A stretch of DNA of 64,000 bases from Neodothiora populina (GCF_041146345.1 NW_027191406.1:1116001-1180000), one strand, 5' to 3'; positions 1 to 12,384 are shown, numbered from the stretch's first letter. Made by a program: numbers and translations. Notes: generated by a model from the letters alone, not told the origin.

Positions 1-650
1 AAGTATCGAATACTTTGCTTTACTGTCGTTCCATACCAACTCGTTCATACCCAAGAACATATCATGTATTCACATTAGTTTTCTCCTATTTAGCGTTTTG
101 CTTAGTGGATCAAGTCTCTGTTGATAGTACCAGCTGATTCATATAGATTTGACTCGTTTCATACCAACCGACAAGCTCACTCAAGAATTGCTCGTTTGCC
201 GCAGCCAACGGCTGTGTCTTTTATCCTCGCTTACTAACTCGTTCGTCACTAAGTCCACATACTCGTTCACTAGTCAAGGCAGGCAGCAAAGGCGCTCAAA
301 GGAATCACAGGATCGAATGTAAAGGCCTCGTGCAAATGTAGAATTACGGCAAGCTATCTGACTTCAGCTATACACGTCCCCGCAACACCGCTCCATGTAA
401 GAGCTCTGTGGGTGGGCTACTCCGTCATCGTTTTTCATTCATCTTTCGTTTCCCGTGGGATCCCTGTGTCCCCTTTCTATGGTTGCGTCCTTGTTGATAG
501 GGAAATCAATCGTGGTCGTTATCGTCATTTTTGAGCTACGTTGTCAATCTCCCCTTGCTCAGGTCTGTCTGTCTCATTTCCTCTTCCTAGGAATAGCAAC
601 GCATGTGCTGCTGACATGACTGTCGATCGGCATGATGGACCAGAAGAAGC

Positions 651-1916
651 CTAAGTCAAAGCCCTAGGACATCCCAAGTTATCCATCTGCGCGCCCAACT
701 TATTCTCGACGAACGTCAGCGCCTCAACAGTAGGCGCGAGGATAGAGTTGAGATAGCTGGGGATACTCTGAGTGGTCAATTGATACAGCAAGCACTGGGT
801 GTTATCCGCAGACAACAAACCATCAGAGGTAATAAAGTCGCTGCCCCAGACAGGAAGAGCATCAAATGCGCCATCACTGGTCTTGCCGCCGAACAGCACG
901 GGCTTGATCAAGTACATGGCGAGGATCTCGCGCGTGACGTCGGTGTTGGTGTACGGCGCCACGCGGTTCGTCCAGTTATCGGGGATCTTCTCACCCGAGG
1001 TGGGCACCCAGTTCCCGTTGCTGTCCTGGGTTGTGCCGAAGAAGGACGAGATGGTCTCGACGTCGGGCGCGTAGTTGTGCGTGCCGGAGGGCATGAGCTC
1101 GTACAGGAAACTGGCGGCACCGAAGAGCAGAACCGACAAGGGCCCGAAGTAGAAGTTGGGGTTGTCGGACAGTGATTGCTGGTAGCGCTGGTAGCGGTAC
1201 TCGGCCAGGTTCTCGCGGTTGTACACGCCGCCGGTGGTGTCGGTCATCATGGTGAACAAGGTCTTATTGAAGGAGAAGTTGTCGCCGTTGGCGAGGAAGA
1301 AGTCGTTGCGGGTGAGCGAGGTGTCGGCTTCGAACTTGTTGTGGCCGTCGAGACCCGGTTCGCTGCCCGTGAGCACTGGGCTGTAGGATGTCCTGGTTGT
1401 GGCATCGCAACCGATGGACAGCTTCTCTGTAACGAGGTCACCGTCAGTGAGGGTGAGACCTAGCACAGCGAGCAAGTTTGCCAGGTCGTAGCCGACGTTG
1501 TAGACGTTCTGCTGCGCGTCTACAAGTTCGCTGTAGGTGACGATGCCGTCACGGGCGAGGAAGCCGTGGTTGGCTGCGGCGTTCAGACCCGGGCATGGGC
1601 CTCTGATGTCGTTGGGTCCAGGAGCGATGAACTTGTGTGCGTCGTCGCCGGGAGCTGGGACTTGGAAGCCACCGACTCCATTTCCTGCAGTGCCGTTGAA
1701 GGCGTGGTTGTAGGGGTAGTCGGGGCTGTATGGGGCTGCAGGCACATGGTTGGCATTGAAAGGGCAGGAGGCTGCACTGCCTGGTCCTGTGCCTGGTTGT
1801 TGACGCTTGGAGTGACGGGCCTTGAGGAGGGAAGAGTCGACTCCAGGCATTTTGGCCACGAAGGGGAAGGCCGAAGCCGTGGAGAGCAGACCCGTGAGAG
1901 CTATGATGAACTTCAT
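651..1916 (-). CDS. Secreted heme-thiolate peroxidase (long unspecific peroxygenase/chloroperoxidase family), intronless
   Basis: Signal peptide MKFIIALTGLLSTASA; proximal heme motif RGPCPGLNAAANHGF; HNKFEADTSLTRND matches the UPO E-x-D-x-S-x-T-R-x-D motif; C-terminal Cys pair (QCLL, LGCP); strong C/G third-position bias. Confidence 0.93.
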   Translation of the reverse strand: MKFIIALTGLLSTASAFPFVAKMPGVDSSLLKARHSKRQQPGTGPGSAASCPFNANHVPAAPYSPDYPYNHAFNGTAGNGVGGFQVPAPGDDAHKFIAPGPNDIRGPCPGLNAAANHGFLARDGIVTYSELVDAQQNVYNVGYDLANLLAVLGLTLTDGDLVTEKLSIGCDATTRTSYSPVLTGSEPGLDGHNKFEADTSLTRNDFFLANGDNFSFNKTLFTMMTDTTGGVYNRENLAEYRYQRYQQSLSDNPNFYFGPLSVLLFGAASFLYELMPSGTHNYAPDVETISSFFGTTQDSNGNWVPTSGEKIPDNWTNRVAPYTNTDVTREILAMYLIKPVLFGGKTSDGAFDALPVWGSDFITSDGLLSADNTQCLLYQLTTQSIPSYLNSILAPTVEALTFVENKLGAQMDNLGCPRALT

Positions 1917-1999
1917 GTTTGCTTCTACTTGATAGATGTCTTGATTGTGGAGGAGTTGTCTTGAATGATTCCTGATGATTAGGTAAAGTCACCTTGGCC

Positions 2000-2006
2000 T
2001 TATATA
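2000..2006 (-). promoter_or_regulatory. Putative TATA box of the peroxidase gene
   Basis: TATATAA on the minus strand about 85 nt upstream of the ATG at 1916. Confidence 0.5.
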
Positions 2007-3205
2007 TGTCTCTTCTGCAGCTGGTCGCCTGCAATTGCATCACAACACCACCGAGGCATGTCATTTTGTCTTCATGACAACCTCTCCGTCTGCCCATCTT
2101 CAACACTGTAGATCATATCAATGCCCATCAATGTGACTTTGATAGATCTGAAAGAGGCAGGTGACTTTGTTGATCTTGCCAACTCTTCTTTGTCGTTGCA
2201 GATGAGTCGACCTGTCCGAGTCGGATTCTACGCTAGATCACCAACGCTGTGATTTGCCGCAGCTCTAGAACTTTGGTAACAGCATGGAGATCATCGCTGC
2301 TATCCCCGCATTGTAGTCCAAACTTGGATGAAAAGGGTCAGGAACATTGTGGAAGAGACCTCGGTGTAGGATAATGCACCTACTGCAATTGGCTGCCTCT
2401 GAATTAAGCTTGAAACGCCACACATTTCCCTCGAGTTTATTTCCCACCCCCGCATTCGTTGATGGACGCTAGTGTGGCGATATGTGGACACGCCTCGGTA
2501 TATAGCAGTTGAGTTGATGCAAGGTACCCACCCTCATACAGTATAACGATACAGTATAACGAGGGAGAGCCGAGTGGAGAATCGCAGCATTGACCGTTGT
2601 GTTGTATATCGCAATTGACTGAAAGCACCGGAAAACATGCCGAAAGAGTATATCAAGAGTACGAGCTATCAATACTGGATGATATCAGGATTGTTATGTC
2701 GAAATCGTGTACGGTATGCGAATGAGGAAGCCTAAGGGCAGTGTGACTGCTTGGAACTGTGTATTGCTGATGGTCGTGGGCATGGAATGTCCGAGAAAGT
2801 GGCAAGATCAACAGCGCTCATACTTCAGTAACCAGGCAGACGTCGTCGCAGTCATTACCAACGTCTGAAGCCCTATGACCGCTGTGGCGTGAATGCTTTC
2901 TACAGATAAGCCTCTTTTGCAACCACATCTTTGACCTTTCACTATAACAACTGCGGGGTGCCTCGGCATGTACAAGCACCATAGCTTTGTCTTGACTTGT
3001 ATAAGCTCAAGCCTCAAAAGTTTTTGCGAACTTGGCGCATGCTTGCTGAATTCTTGCATCACATCTGCAGTGGTATAACGGCAGGCTGTGGCCAAAGGAA
3101 ACGAAACTAGTAGAGCATAGTCTGTTCTGGGAATAGGGACATCTGTATTTCCACTAGTAAGAAGTCGCTGACTCAGAGGGCGACCATCAAGATACTTTAC
3201 TCTTT

Positions 3206-6200
3206 TCAGAACCCAAAAGAGTCCAGTAGGCTGTTTGGGTCTGGCTCGTTGAACTGAGTTGGAGGTGGTGGGGGTGGTTTGTTGTCATCGTCTTTCTTCC
3301 CATTGGAGTTCTTGTCTTTTGCCTCACTAGTAGCAGAGGATGTAGTGTCGGTCGAGTCATCCTTACGATTCGCACCTTGTCCTTGTACTGTGGTGCTTGC
3401 AGAAGTGATTGAACGAGCAGACGAATCCCAGTCATCTAACATCGATTTCGGGGCGGCACCTGATGCTACAGGTTCAGGACCTATACCCCAGTCATCCAGC
3501 GCAGATCGGACTGGTGCCTTCTGCGAAGTAGCTGCAGGCTCACCCCAGCCATCCAACATCGACGGCACTATCGGAGTGTCTTGCTTGTTCGAAGTGGGCT
3601 CATTCCACCCATCCAGTATCGACGATTGCGTCCTGCTCACAGTGCTTCGCAATGTTTCTGGCAAGTCTGCCACGACCATGCTGCTGCGTCTGCGTAATAA
3701 CTTTCGGGGGTCCATCTCGTAGTCCTGAAGTGAACTCCTATTGGATACGCATCCAGGTAACTCCGCAACTGACTCTTCTCGCTCGCCATCAGTAGGCCGA
3801 GGTACTTGTTGCTGCAGGAACTCCCAATTTCGGACGAGGTCCAAGGCTAGAACATCACATCCCATGCGCAACAGCAAATTAGCAGTTTTGGTGATGAAGT
3901 CCCACTCCTCCCTACCAGTGATCATAAGGGCACCTTTGAGCGTTTGCAAACTCTTTTCACGGAGCTGTTTGTAGAGTACGACGAGGGCGGGGTCGTCGTT
4001 GAGGAAGCTCTTTGCCCGTAGTGACTTTGCAGGCGTGCTTGGGGGATCGAGTAGAGAGTGCAGCGGACTGACCAATGCTCTAACCGCCAAAGATCGCTGA
4101 CCCAACAGCCAGTAACACCAAGTTGCTTGCCATCGATCTCCCGCTTGAACCGCGGCAGGCAAGACTTTGATTTGCAGAAATGTCTTTAATATGGGACTAT
4201 CGTCTCCGCCGTAAACTCTAGCGACAGCAATGGCAAGCTGAGTGTCGCCGAGCTGATTACTCAAAACGCCAATCGCCGACTTCAGGTCATCACCCAGCAG
4301 GAAAAATGCGGCCGCATACTCGAACCTTCGCTTGCCCATTAGCGCATATGCATTTTTTGCCGCGGCAGTCTTCCAACGAGGGTCGGAGAAGTCGTTCTTG
4401 AGGAGACGAGTTGTGGCGCCCTGCTCCCTTGACCATGTGGCGATTCGCCAGAGTCCTTGTAACACAGCCTTCTTGCGGAGTGCCAGGTAATACAGGGAAC
4501 AGTCGACTGGATTTTTAGGTTCGCTAGATGTGTAGGCATTTCGTGCAATGGCCTCAAATTGCGCCAATAAGGCCTCTCTGTCAGTCAACCACATGAACAT
4601 GCCAGTACCCTTGGCATGCGACCATTCGAGACGACCCTTGTAATGAGACGTGATGGTCGCCACTAGGATATCATGTGACGAACTGTGATACGCCCATACC
4701 ATTTCGCGCCACGTGATTGACGACCCGGAAACAGTTGGATCGTGTTGTCTGGAGTGGGATTGACGAGATCTGGCTAGTGCGCCTCGCCAGAAGAGCAGAA
4801 ATCTTGCGGCATTCTCGTCGATGGATCGTCGATGTTTTTCTACTTCACCGATACACTCAACCATGACAGCAAGACCGAATTGTTCGGTGCTGGACAGCTG
4901 AGGGATAGACTTCTCTGCCAGCAGTGAAGTCAACGCAACTGAAACATCCTCGGTGACAGTGGCAGGTTCATCATCGTCGGGCTCGAGAACGTTATAGCGC
5001 TTGTGGGGCCGTGCAGCACCATTTGCGTCGTCCTGTTGAAAGTCAGTATATTCACGTCTGTTGATCCTGTTCAACGAGGCTAGATGTAGACTCACTTCTG
5101 GGTTGGCCATGTAATCATCAATAGATGTGCCCTGGAACGAGTCGAGTGGCTCGCCTTCCGTATAGAATTTGAGTGTCTTATGTAGGGCTAGAAGTATGCG
5201 GTGGACCATGTTCATCTTGCCAGCTAGCACACATTGAGAGATAAACTGCGGATGGAAGACAGGAAGCGGTCCATTCAGAGCCCGCACGACATCGTGAATG
5301 TTATCAGAGGGCTTGTGTGGTGCAGAGGCTCGTAGATCAGGCGAGAGGTCTGTCTTGGGATTGATGGCGCTGGAAACGACGAAGAGCTGAGTACCAGTGC
5401 CAACGACCAAGTTACCTGATCCAAGCCAGACAGAGTCCCCTATAGGATGAGGGGTGAGATGACGGATGCCAACTTCTTTGATTCGTGTCCATGCTGGGCG
5501 CTCGTCAACGTAGTCATATCTGAGTTGAGTATATACGAATACCGAGTGGGCGAAGCCAATTGCCAGTATCGATTGGTTGTCTGGAGTCGAAGCCCAATCC
5601 AAGTCCTGAATGATTTGGTTAGGGAATGTTTCCTCATAATCGAGGCGGCCATTTCGAGTGTCCCAGATGGTCAAAGTCGACCTTGATTTGTCCACTAGAG
5701 CAGCTTTTCTGATGGAAGTGCCACTGCCTAGAGAAGGCTCTCGGACGCCAGTCTCGACCTTTGCTAGATTCAACCAATCGACAGAGGATCGCACGGGATC
5801 AATCTTGGCGGTCCACGTTTGCAGCAAGCCGGTAGAAGTCCACGAGATCGCTGTGTCTTGAGCGAAGCTATCAAGAAAACCAGAGATAGCCGGGCCGCTG
5901 CCAGCAGGGTCAACAGGCAAGAAGTAAGAGAGGTTGTCGATTGGATCGAGCTGAAATGTGCAGAATTGTCTCAGTGAAACAGCTGAGGTGGTCTTGCTTG
6001 TATAGCCATTCTGTTGCGAATCTGGTGAGGGCAGGTGAAGCTCCCATACTATACCATGCATGCTTGTGCTCACTGTCGCGAGATGCATGATGGCGTTGCT
6101 CACATCTGCTTGTGGTAAAATCAGGAATGCGATGGGTTTTCCCTCAATTTCATACTTGCATCGGGCGGTCTCAATTAGCAGAGAGCAACGGGCGTCCCAA

Positions 6201-7726
6201 AGACTAAGGCTCTCGTGATGCAGGAAAACAACAAAGTCGCCATCTCGGAGGAGGATGGTACGATGTATGTGCTCATCCAGCTTTGCTTTGCTCCTCCTAT
6301 GCAAAGCAGTGCCAGCCTTGGTTGCCTTTCTCTCCCACACTATCGTTTCGTCGCGTACAGTGCGAGAAATCAAGGCTTTCCCACTAGCGGTGCGTATGGC
6401 CTTTTTGATAGCCGAGGAATGGCCTGTCCAATTGGCCAAATTGCGCATCGGATGCGATCTTGGCGATGGGCTGAACAAACGCTGGATCGATGCCTGCCAC
6501 CATTGTATCCTTCCGTCAAAGTGGTGTAGTAGAATGGCGATTTCGCCAGGTGATTCGGGGATTGAGAAGCAGTAGATGCTTGCGTTATCCTCAAAAGGAG
6601 TGTCTGCAGGTTCAAAAGCCAAGGACGCGTCTTCGATGTGAGCAGCATGGAAAAAGTCAGACCGAGCAACGATGCTATTCCGGCGTTTACAGGCTACATT
6701 CTCGAGTCCCCACGCGCTCATGTGGCCCTGATCATCCATGACGACGGCTACATCTGGCTCACGACTAGCGAGTTCTTTCAGGTACTCCAAGGCATGCCTA
6801 CTCTCTGCTCGTTGAAATTCGCCTTCCAGCACGTGTGCCGCAGCTGCATTGAAAACATGCGAAGGGATCAAAAAAGAGTATCGCCTCTGAATGGATTCAT
6901 TGCTAGGTGTGTCCTTTGGCTGGATCACTTTGAACATGTCAAGCTCAGCATGCAAGGACAGAATCTCGATGTTGTGGGGTGCATCCGCTTTCCACACTCT
7001 TAGCTTTCCATCTGCGCAAGTAGTGTATAAGACATCCTCGTCCCCAACGAAGCCCGAAGCAGTCGGTCGCCACTCGAGATGCGTGACCGTGGTTGGATGT
7101 GGTAGATATGTGTAATCGAAGGACGGCGGCTCAAGGGACAGACGGCGCCAGATCTTGACGAGTCTATCGTGCAGTGAGGTCGTCGCCAACAACGACGTCG
7201 AGGGAGAAAATGCTGCCTGAGTGACCGGTGAGGGTAATGCCTTTGTCCAGACGAGCTGTTCACTCTTCGTCTTGCTCTTGCCTGTTGAGGTTTGGTCCGG
7301 CGAGCTCGGCGAAGAAGGAAGGTGCGTGGAGAATAAAGTCAGCTTTCGTGAACCAACCAGTAATTCCTCGTCCGAACCCCATGAGAGGGTGCGGATCTGA
7401 TCTTTCTTGTCATCATCGCCAGGCAATGGCAGTGATAGGTGAAAAGACCAACGCAGGTCCCCCTTGATCTCTTCTCGTAGAGCGTACACATATACTGTTG
7501 TAGTCGAAGCGACAGCTATCTTTCCGCTCTCGTTGTGGTATGTGATGGCAACCAAGCCGTCCTCTGTGAGGTCGTCATGGTATATGGTTTGGAGCAAGCA
7601 GTCTGGAGCATTACAAATTACAATGGCATTTCCTGAGATATATGCTACGACGAGCTGTCCTTCCCATGATCCTGTGCAAGCCGCTTGGAGTTGCGCCTGC
7701 GGCTTTCCAGGTAATATTGCTTGCAT
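3206..7726 (-). CDS. RAV1: RAVE complex subunit Rav1 / rabconnectin-3 alpha (DMXL) homolog: WD40 repeats plus Rav1p_C; probable in-frame intron 5033-5095
   Basis: N-terminal WD-like repeats (LVKIW, LRVW); Rav1p_C-type text LPVFHPQFISQC, SLYYLALRKK, RWKTAAAKNAYALMGKRRFEYAAAFFLLG; 63-nt GTGAGT..TACTGAC..CAG intron read through in the ORF track. Confidence 0.92.
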   Translation of the reverse strand: MQAILPGKPQAQLQAACTGSWEGQLVVAYISGNAIVICNAPDCLLQTIYHDDLTEDGLVAITYHNESGKIAVASTTTVYVYALREEIKGDLRWSFHLSLPLPGDDDKKDQIRTLSWGSDEELLVGSRKLTLFSTHLPSSPSSPDQTSTGKSKTKSEQLVWTKALPSPVTQAAFSPSTSLLATTSLHDRLVKIWRRLSLEPPSFDYTYLPHPTTVTHLEWRPTASGFVGDEDVLYTTCADGKLRVWKADAPHNIEILSLHAELDMFKVIQPKDTPSNESIQRRYSFLIPSHVFNAAAAHVLEGEFQRAESRHALEYLKELASREPDVAVVMDDQGHMSAWGLENVACKRRNSIVARSDFFHAAHIEDASLAFEPADTPFEDNASIYCFSIPESPGEIAILLHHFDGRIQWWQASIQRLFSPSPRSHPMRNLANWTGHSSAIKKAIRTASGKALISRTVRDETIVWERKATKAGTALHRRSKAKLDEHIHRTILLRDGDFVVFLHHESLSLWDARCSLLIETARCKYEIEGKPIAFLILPQADVSNAIMHLATVSTSMHGIVWELHLPSPDSQQNGYTSKTTSAVSLRQFCTFQLDPIDNLSYFLPVDPAGSGPAISGFLDSFAQDTAISWTSTGLLQTWTAKIDPVRSSVDWLNLAKVETGVREPSLGSGTSIRKAALVDKSRSTLTIWDTRNGRLDYEETFPNQIIQDLDWASTPDNQSILAIGFAHSVFVYTQLRYDYVDERPAWTRIKEVGIRHLTPHPIGDSVWLGSGNLVVGTGTQLFVVSSAINPKTDLSPDLRASAPHKPSDNIHDVVRALNGPLPVFHPQFISQCVLAGKMNMVHRILLALHKTLKFYTEGEPLDSFQGTSIDDYMANPEVSLHLASLNRINRREYTDFQQDDANGAARPHKRYNVLEPDDDEPATVTEDVSVALTSLLAEKSIPQLSSTEQFGLAVMVECIGEVEKHRRSIDENAARFLLFWRGALARSRQSHSRQHDPTVSGSSITWREMVWAYHSSSHDILVATITSHYKGRLEWSHAKGTGMFMWLTDREALLAQFEAIARNAYTSSEPKNPVDCSLYYLALRKKAVLQGLWRIATWSREQGATTRLLKNDFSDPRWKTAAAKNAYALMGKRRFEYAAAFFLLGDDLKSAIGVLSNQLGDTQLAIAVARVYGGDDSPILKTFLQIKVLPAAVQAGDRWQATWCYWLLGQRSLAVRALVSPLHSLLDPPSTPAKSLRAKSFLNDDPALVVLYKQLREKSLQTLKGALMITGREEWDFITKTANLLLRMGCDVLALDLVRNWEFLQQQVPRPTDGEREESVAELPGCVSNRSSLQDYEMDPRKLLRRRSSMVVADLPETLRSTVSRTQSSILDGWNEPTSNKQDTPIVPSMLDGWGEPAATSQKAPVRSALDDWGIGPEPVASGAAPKSMLDDWDSSARSITSASTTVQGQGANRKDDSTDTTSSATSEAKDKNSNGKKDDDNKPPPPPPTQFNEPDPNSLLDSFGF

Positions 7727-8444
7727 TTGTCGAGAACAGTTGATGTGGTATTATTGTTTCGCCATACTGCACAAGAGAGGATGTATATCAAATTATCTGC
7801 GAGTACTGCAGTGGGTTCTGGGTAGCGTTTGTAGTCTTGATCTTATAAATTGTTTCAAGCCATTGTTCTCTGTAATACCAACTTGACGCACCTTCGAGAT
7901 ACACATAATGCCGGCATGTGATGATGCTGAAACGCACGTTCCTTCTCCACAATCTACCTACACAGGTAACGAATGCTTTGGCTTAAACTCTATTCATCAC
8001 AGCGGTATTCGTCTGTACTTGGATCGGACACAATATCTGTACCTTACTGTACCTCAGCAGAGACAAGGTAATATAGTGTGGCATCCGCGTCCAGTGCTCA
8101 AATGATGATTGATGTTCGCCACGCTCTGTCGCATTCTTAGATGTAGCTGGCGAATATTGCACCAATACCTGCGAGGTAGTCTTTCTTCTGTATCGATTGC
8201 AGTCGACCATTCTTCTCTTATGCTCATTTTGGTTCAGTTCCAAGTCGTGACCGCTAGCCCTTATCATATCCGTCTCGCTTCAACCTCTCTCGCACCTCAT
8301 GCAAGGAGTCTCGCTTGTGATCTAGAAACGCTACCACCAATCGCTAATGCCTATGACAAGAAAAGAAAGGAAACGCAACGTGCACTGGACCGATTTGTTC
8401 CTCCAGGCCATGAAACGGGAAACACCAGATCGCGGTCACTCGAC

Positions 8445-10148
8445 TTACTCGGTCTTCTGCTTCTCGGCTGAATCCGAGGGTTTGTCGGTCTCATCTTCGA
8501 CCTTCTGTGCTTTGCCTTGACGACTCTTGGCTCTCTTCTCAGAGTAGTACTTCCAGCTTCTGCCCACGCCGGCAGTGAGAGGCCCTTTCAGCGTTTGAAT
8601 AGTGCTAGGCCAGGCGACTGTTCCCTGAATGCACTTACTCATGGCATCCTTGATGTCTGGTTGTGCACCAATGCGCTGTTCGAACTCGCCACCCTCTCGT
8701 CTCTTGATACTCGTAGCATCCTCATCATTGGCCTCGTCAATGATGCGATCAAAAGCCGAGGCCTGAATTCCAAACTTTTTCTGATACTCGTAATACAACT
8801 TTTGGCGAAAGAGTTTCGGCAGTCGACGAACCATGTTGCCGCGTCTACGGGGATCCATATCCTGTTGTAGGACGAAGCCGTCGCGTCCGCCGATGACCTC
8901 GTCCGCGTGTCTTGGCTCGTTTGATCTTGCTATAACCTCCTCCTTTTCCCAACCCTTCTCCGTAGGTACATTTGAGTCGTTGAAGTCAACATTTGGCAGA
9001 TTGTCGACAAGAGGAACGTAGAGCTGGCGGAAATTGGGAAGCTGTGCTCCAACAATGTTGGCGACCTTCTTGGGATTCTCTCCGCCAACGTAAGCGTTCA
9101 TGCGCGGGTCTCCCATATAGGAGAGGGAAGCTATCTGCTCGTATAGTTGCTTTTCCGTAAACCTCTCGGGCAGCATAAGTAGCGCTGTGCGCACGGCGGA
9201 CATGAGGTTCATCTGATTGGCCAGACGCACTCGCGGGTCGTCTCGAAGGATCTTGACAGGTTTCTGCAAACGCCCGGCCAGGTAGAGCGTGTCCCAGGTG
9301 CTGAGATCGCGACAGATGGTGTCGAGGTTGACCACACCGTACTTGATCATTATGCCATTGACGGTGATGTAGGGGTTGAAGTAGGCACCCGCTCCAAAGT
9401 TGTCTTGTACCTTGCTGACCGCCCATGAGCCCAGATGTCTTAGTCCGCTATAGTGCTCCGGATGCTGTTGCATATTCAACGAATGCCAATGCTGCGTGTG
9501 TGATACTCCAAAAATGAAATCAATAATCTTTCCTCCTCCTTCTTGCCATTTGCTTACAGCCTCCGGAGGGTGTGGATGTGGTGAGAACGACGAGGATGCG
9601 CCGGTGGACGGGCTTGTAGACTGAGAAAAGACTCCGCTGCCGTATGCAAAGGCGTACCGGATAGGAGCTCGGAATTGCCAAAGAACGTTTCGTAATGCTT
9701 CCTTGAAGTCTTCGTTGATTTTAATATGCTGATTGGTCCCGAAATAGCGATGTGGTAGTTGTGAAAAGGAATTGATGGTAAGGTCTGGATCGTCTTCCCA
9801 ATCCGGCGGCATACTCGAGTACTCGGCATTTGCGTCTGACGAGTCGGACAGAGGAGAGGTGCCATTGGAGGAGGACTGTGATGTCTCCGATTTTGATTGT
9901 GAAGGTGACGGACGCTGCTCGTTCGACTCTTTCTGACAAAGACTAGCATTTGAAGCGAACGAGCGGAATGACGCAGGTCGATAGTGGTATGCTGCATGAC
10001 CAGCAATGAAGCAGTTACCAGCGACCACGGACTGCTTGAGTCGTAGCGTCTATGGTAGATCTTGTGTCAGCAGCTTTAATGACGATTGAGATGGCTGTGA
10101 CGAGTCGGATGCGGGTTGGGAACTTACATTGATCCTAGGCATCGCCAT
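8445..10148 (-). CDS. TAM41: Mitochondrial phosphatidate cytidylyltransferase Tam41/Mmp37; exons 10128-10148 and 8445-10049
   Basis: YAFAYGSGVF, IKYGVV, LYLAGRLQKPV and LSYMGDPR motifs. A short first exon MAMPRIN plus intron 10050-10127 (GTAAGT..GCTGAC..TAG) joins in frame. N-terminus resembles a mitochondrial presequence. Confidence 0.93.
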
Positions 10149-12384
10149 GATATATATACAGAACCTCTTGTTTATCTAAAAGGAAGCTTCGGCTATCCTC
10201 CCTAACATATATTGCTGAACGCTCGCAGTACAATTGTGGGTTGCTTGCTTGTTGGAATAATTGCACTGGAGAAAGCGGGCAGAGACGGTACACACAGCAA
10301 CAAGGACTTAATACATGATGGGAGAACCAGAGCAATAACGAGAAATGTGTTGGATAACAAAAGTACAGATTTTAGGAAGGAGCGAGGAGAATGATGATGA
10401 ATGAGGAAGCGACTGAGAGAGTGAGAGAACCAACACAGAGACGTGCACGTATCCGGTGCAGTGCAGTTTCGAGGTCAGCATATGGTAAACGAGAGCTTGC
10501 GTCAGTTTCTGCCCTCCGCAACTCCTGCGCTGCGCTTTTCCAGAATCCGAAATCTTGCTGCACAGCTGCGGAGCGGATCGTGGGGCTTTGTTCTGAAAGC
10601 TTCCATCTGCGCATCACAGCATTCACATCGTGACGGGATTGCTGGATGGAAATCGTGGACCTGCCAAGGTCATGGACCCTGAAAGTTGTGCTTCATAAGG
10701 TACAAACTATGCACAACTTATACAATTGAACCTCACGCATGAGCTTTGCTCGGCCATGTCCTTGAGAAACGGTAATCGGATATGGCATTGTCGGCATTGC
10801 TGTTCTCGTTCGTCTCATGCGAGGACTGAAGCAACTTGAACCTTCGAAAGCTTTACTCGTCTTCCGAGGCACCGTAATCTTACTGATTTGAGATGGGAGG
10901 CGGAGCTCGAGCTCGACAATTGTCGTATACTGTACACCTATCATCATACGAGGTGCAAGTATTACCAGTTCTGACGTGAGTGTGAACGATACCAGTGTTG
11001 CTAGTCCTCTCCCATCAATGCTTCGAACCATACTTTGCATAGAAATCTATGTTTGTAGCAGCCCTGTTGATGAAGGGGTATGACATTATCCAGCAGGGAA
11101 GGCATCGAGCGCTGTGATTACAGTGTAATCAATTCGATGGCAGTGTACGTCGTTGAATGGATCGCGCTCAGCTGCCTCACCACTCCCTTTCATGGTTGCA
11201 TTCTGGTTACTTGTGTGGGCATTTTTTTCTCATTTGCGAGGGCTTGTCTACGATATTGCAGACATGTACGCAGTATATACGATATACATGATATGCTAGA
11301 TCTGATGTCAACGTGATTCGAAGATCACGAAAAGAGTCCAGCGTAGCGCGGATGTCGCGTCAGGTCAAAATGAAGCCGTCACCACTCTGGCTGGTGTGGT
11401 TGAAGGATGCTGCTGCGCTCTATGCACGACCCACGTGCGTGCATCTCTGGCTTCCAGATGGAGATCGGGTAGTCGGACCCTAAGCTCCGTGTGTCTTCAG
11501 GTGGGTAGGTAGGTACCTTACCCAGATCTCAATATTGCTACGACAGATACCTACCTGATCCAATCCATGTCAGGCCTTCCTTGCTAGTGGATTCCAATGT
11601 CGCTACGAGAATCGATCGAACAGTCATGAGACGCATCCTTCTGAATGTCTTTATATTGTTCAGTCACCATAGATGCTGATTGATCACACACGTGTACGAT
11701 GAGCAAGTTTCTCCAGGTGTGTGCCATAAGCTACCTGTTTGTACCCTATCGCATATAGAATTATCGGGTACCTAACGTTATCTGTCCCTGCTTAAAACAC
11801 GATCGCTGCGTCCGATCACGTCAATTTAAGCTCTACAACTGCGCACGGCCTTTCAACAATCTACAGTTGTTGTACACGTTTGCGCGCGCGAAAACAAGGA
11901 CTCGGACGAGGGAGAGACACGACGGCGCCTCGATGCTTCCACTCTGCTAAGCGGCGTCAAAGGTACATATGTCAGAACCCTATGATGAGTCGATTGTCTC
12001 GATGCTTGCCAACGTGAGTTCAGATCGTCAGGGGAATTACCTGGGGAGCGCCGCACTCGTAAGGTTGGATGCCGGAGTTATGGACAGTAGCTCGGCGCGA
12101 GGTCTTATTCCTTCGCCGATAGAGACTCTCGGAGGTCTCGTCTCATCTCAACGACGCCTCTTCCGATGTGACCCTAAGATAGGCGTCATACACTAATAGA
12201 GATGCCTTGGCTTTGTCTTGCTGTGTCTGGGGGACTAATAATGAGACAATTTGTCCCTGTAGTAGACTACTATTTCATCTCGTCTGCAAGAAACCCCCAT
12301 ACTCTTCTCCACGCTCCACCTCTCTCGTCTGTAAACACTGCCTGTCTACGACCGTGACCCCTACATACTACACCTCATAGACTC

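Noticed and set aside
10150..12380. Short ORFs in the TAM41-SIS intergenic region
   Set aside because: No motifs, codon bias or consistent splice structure.
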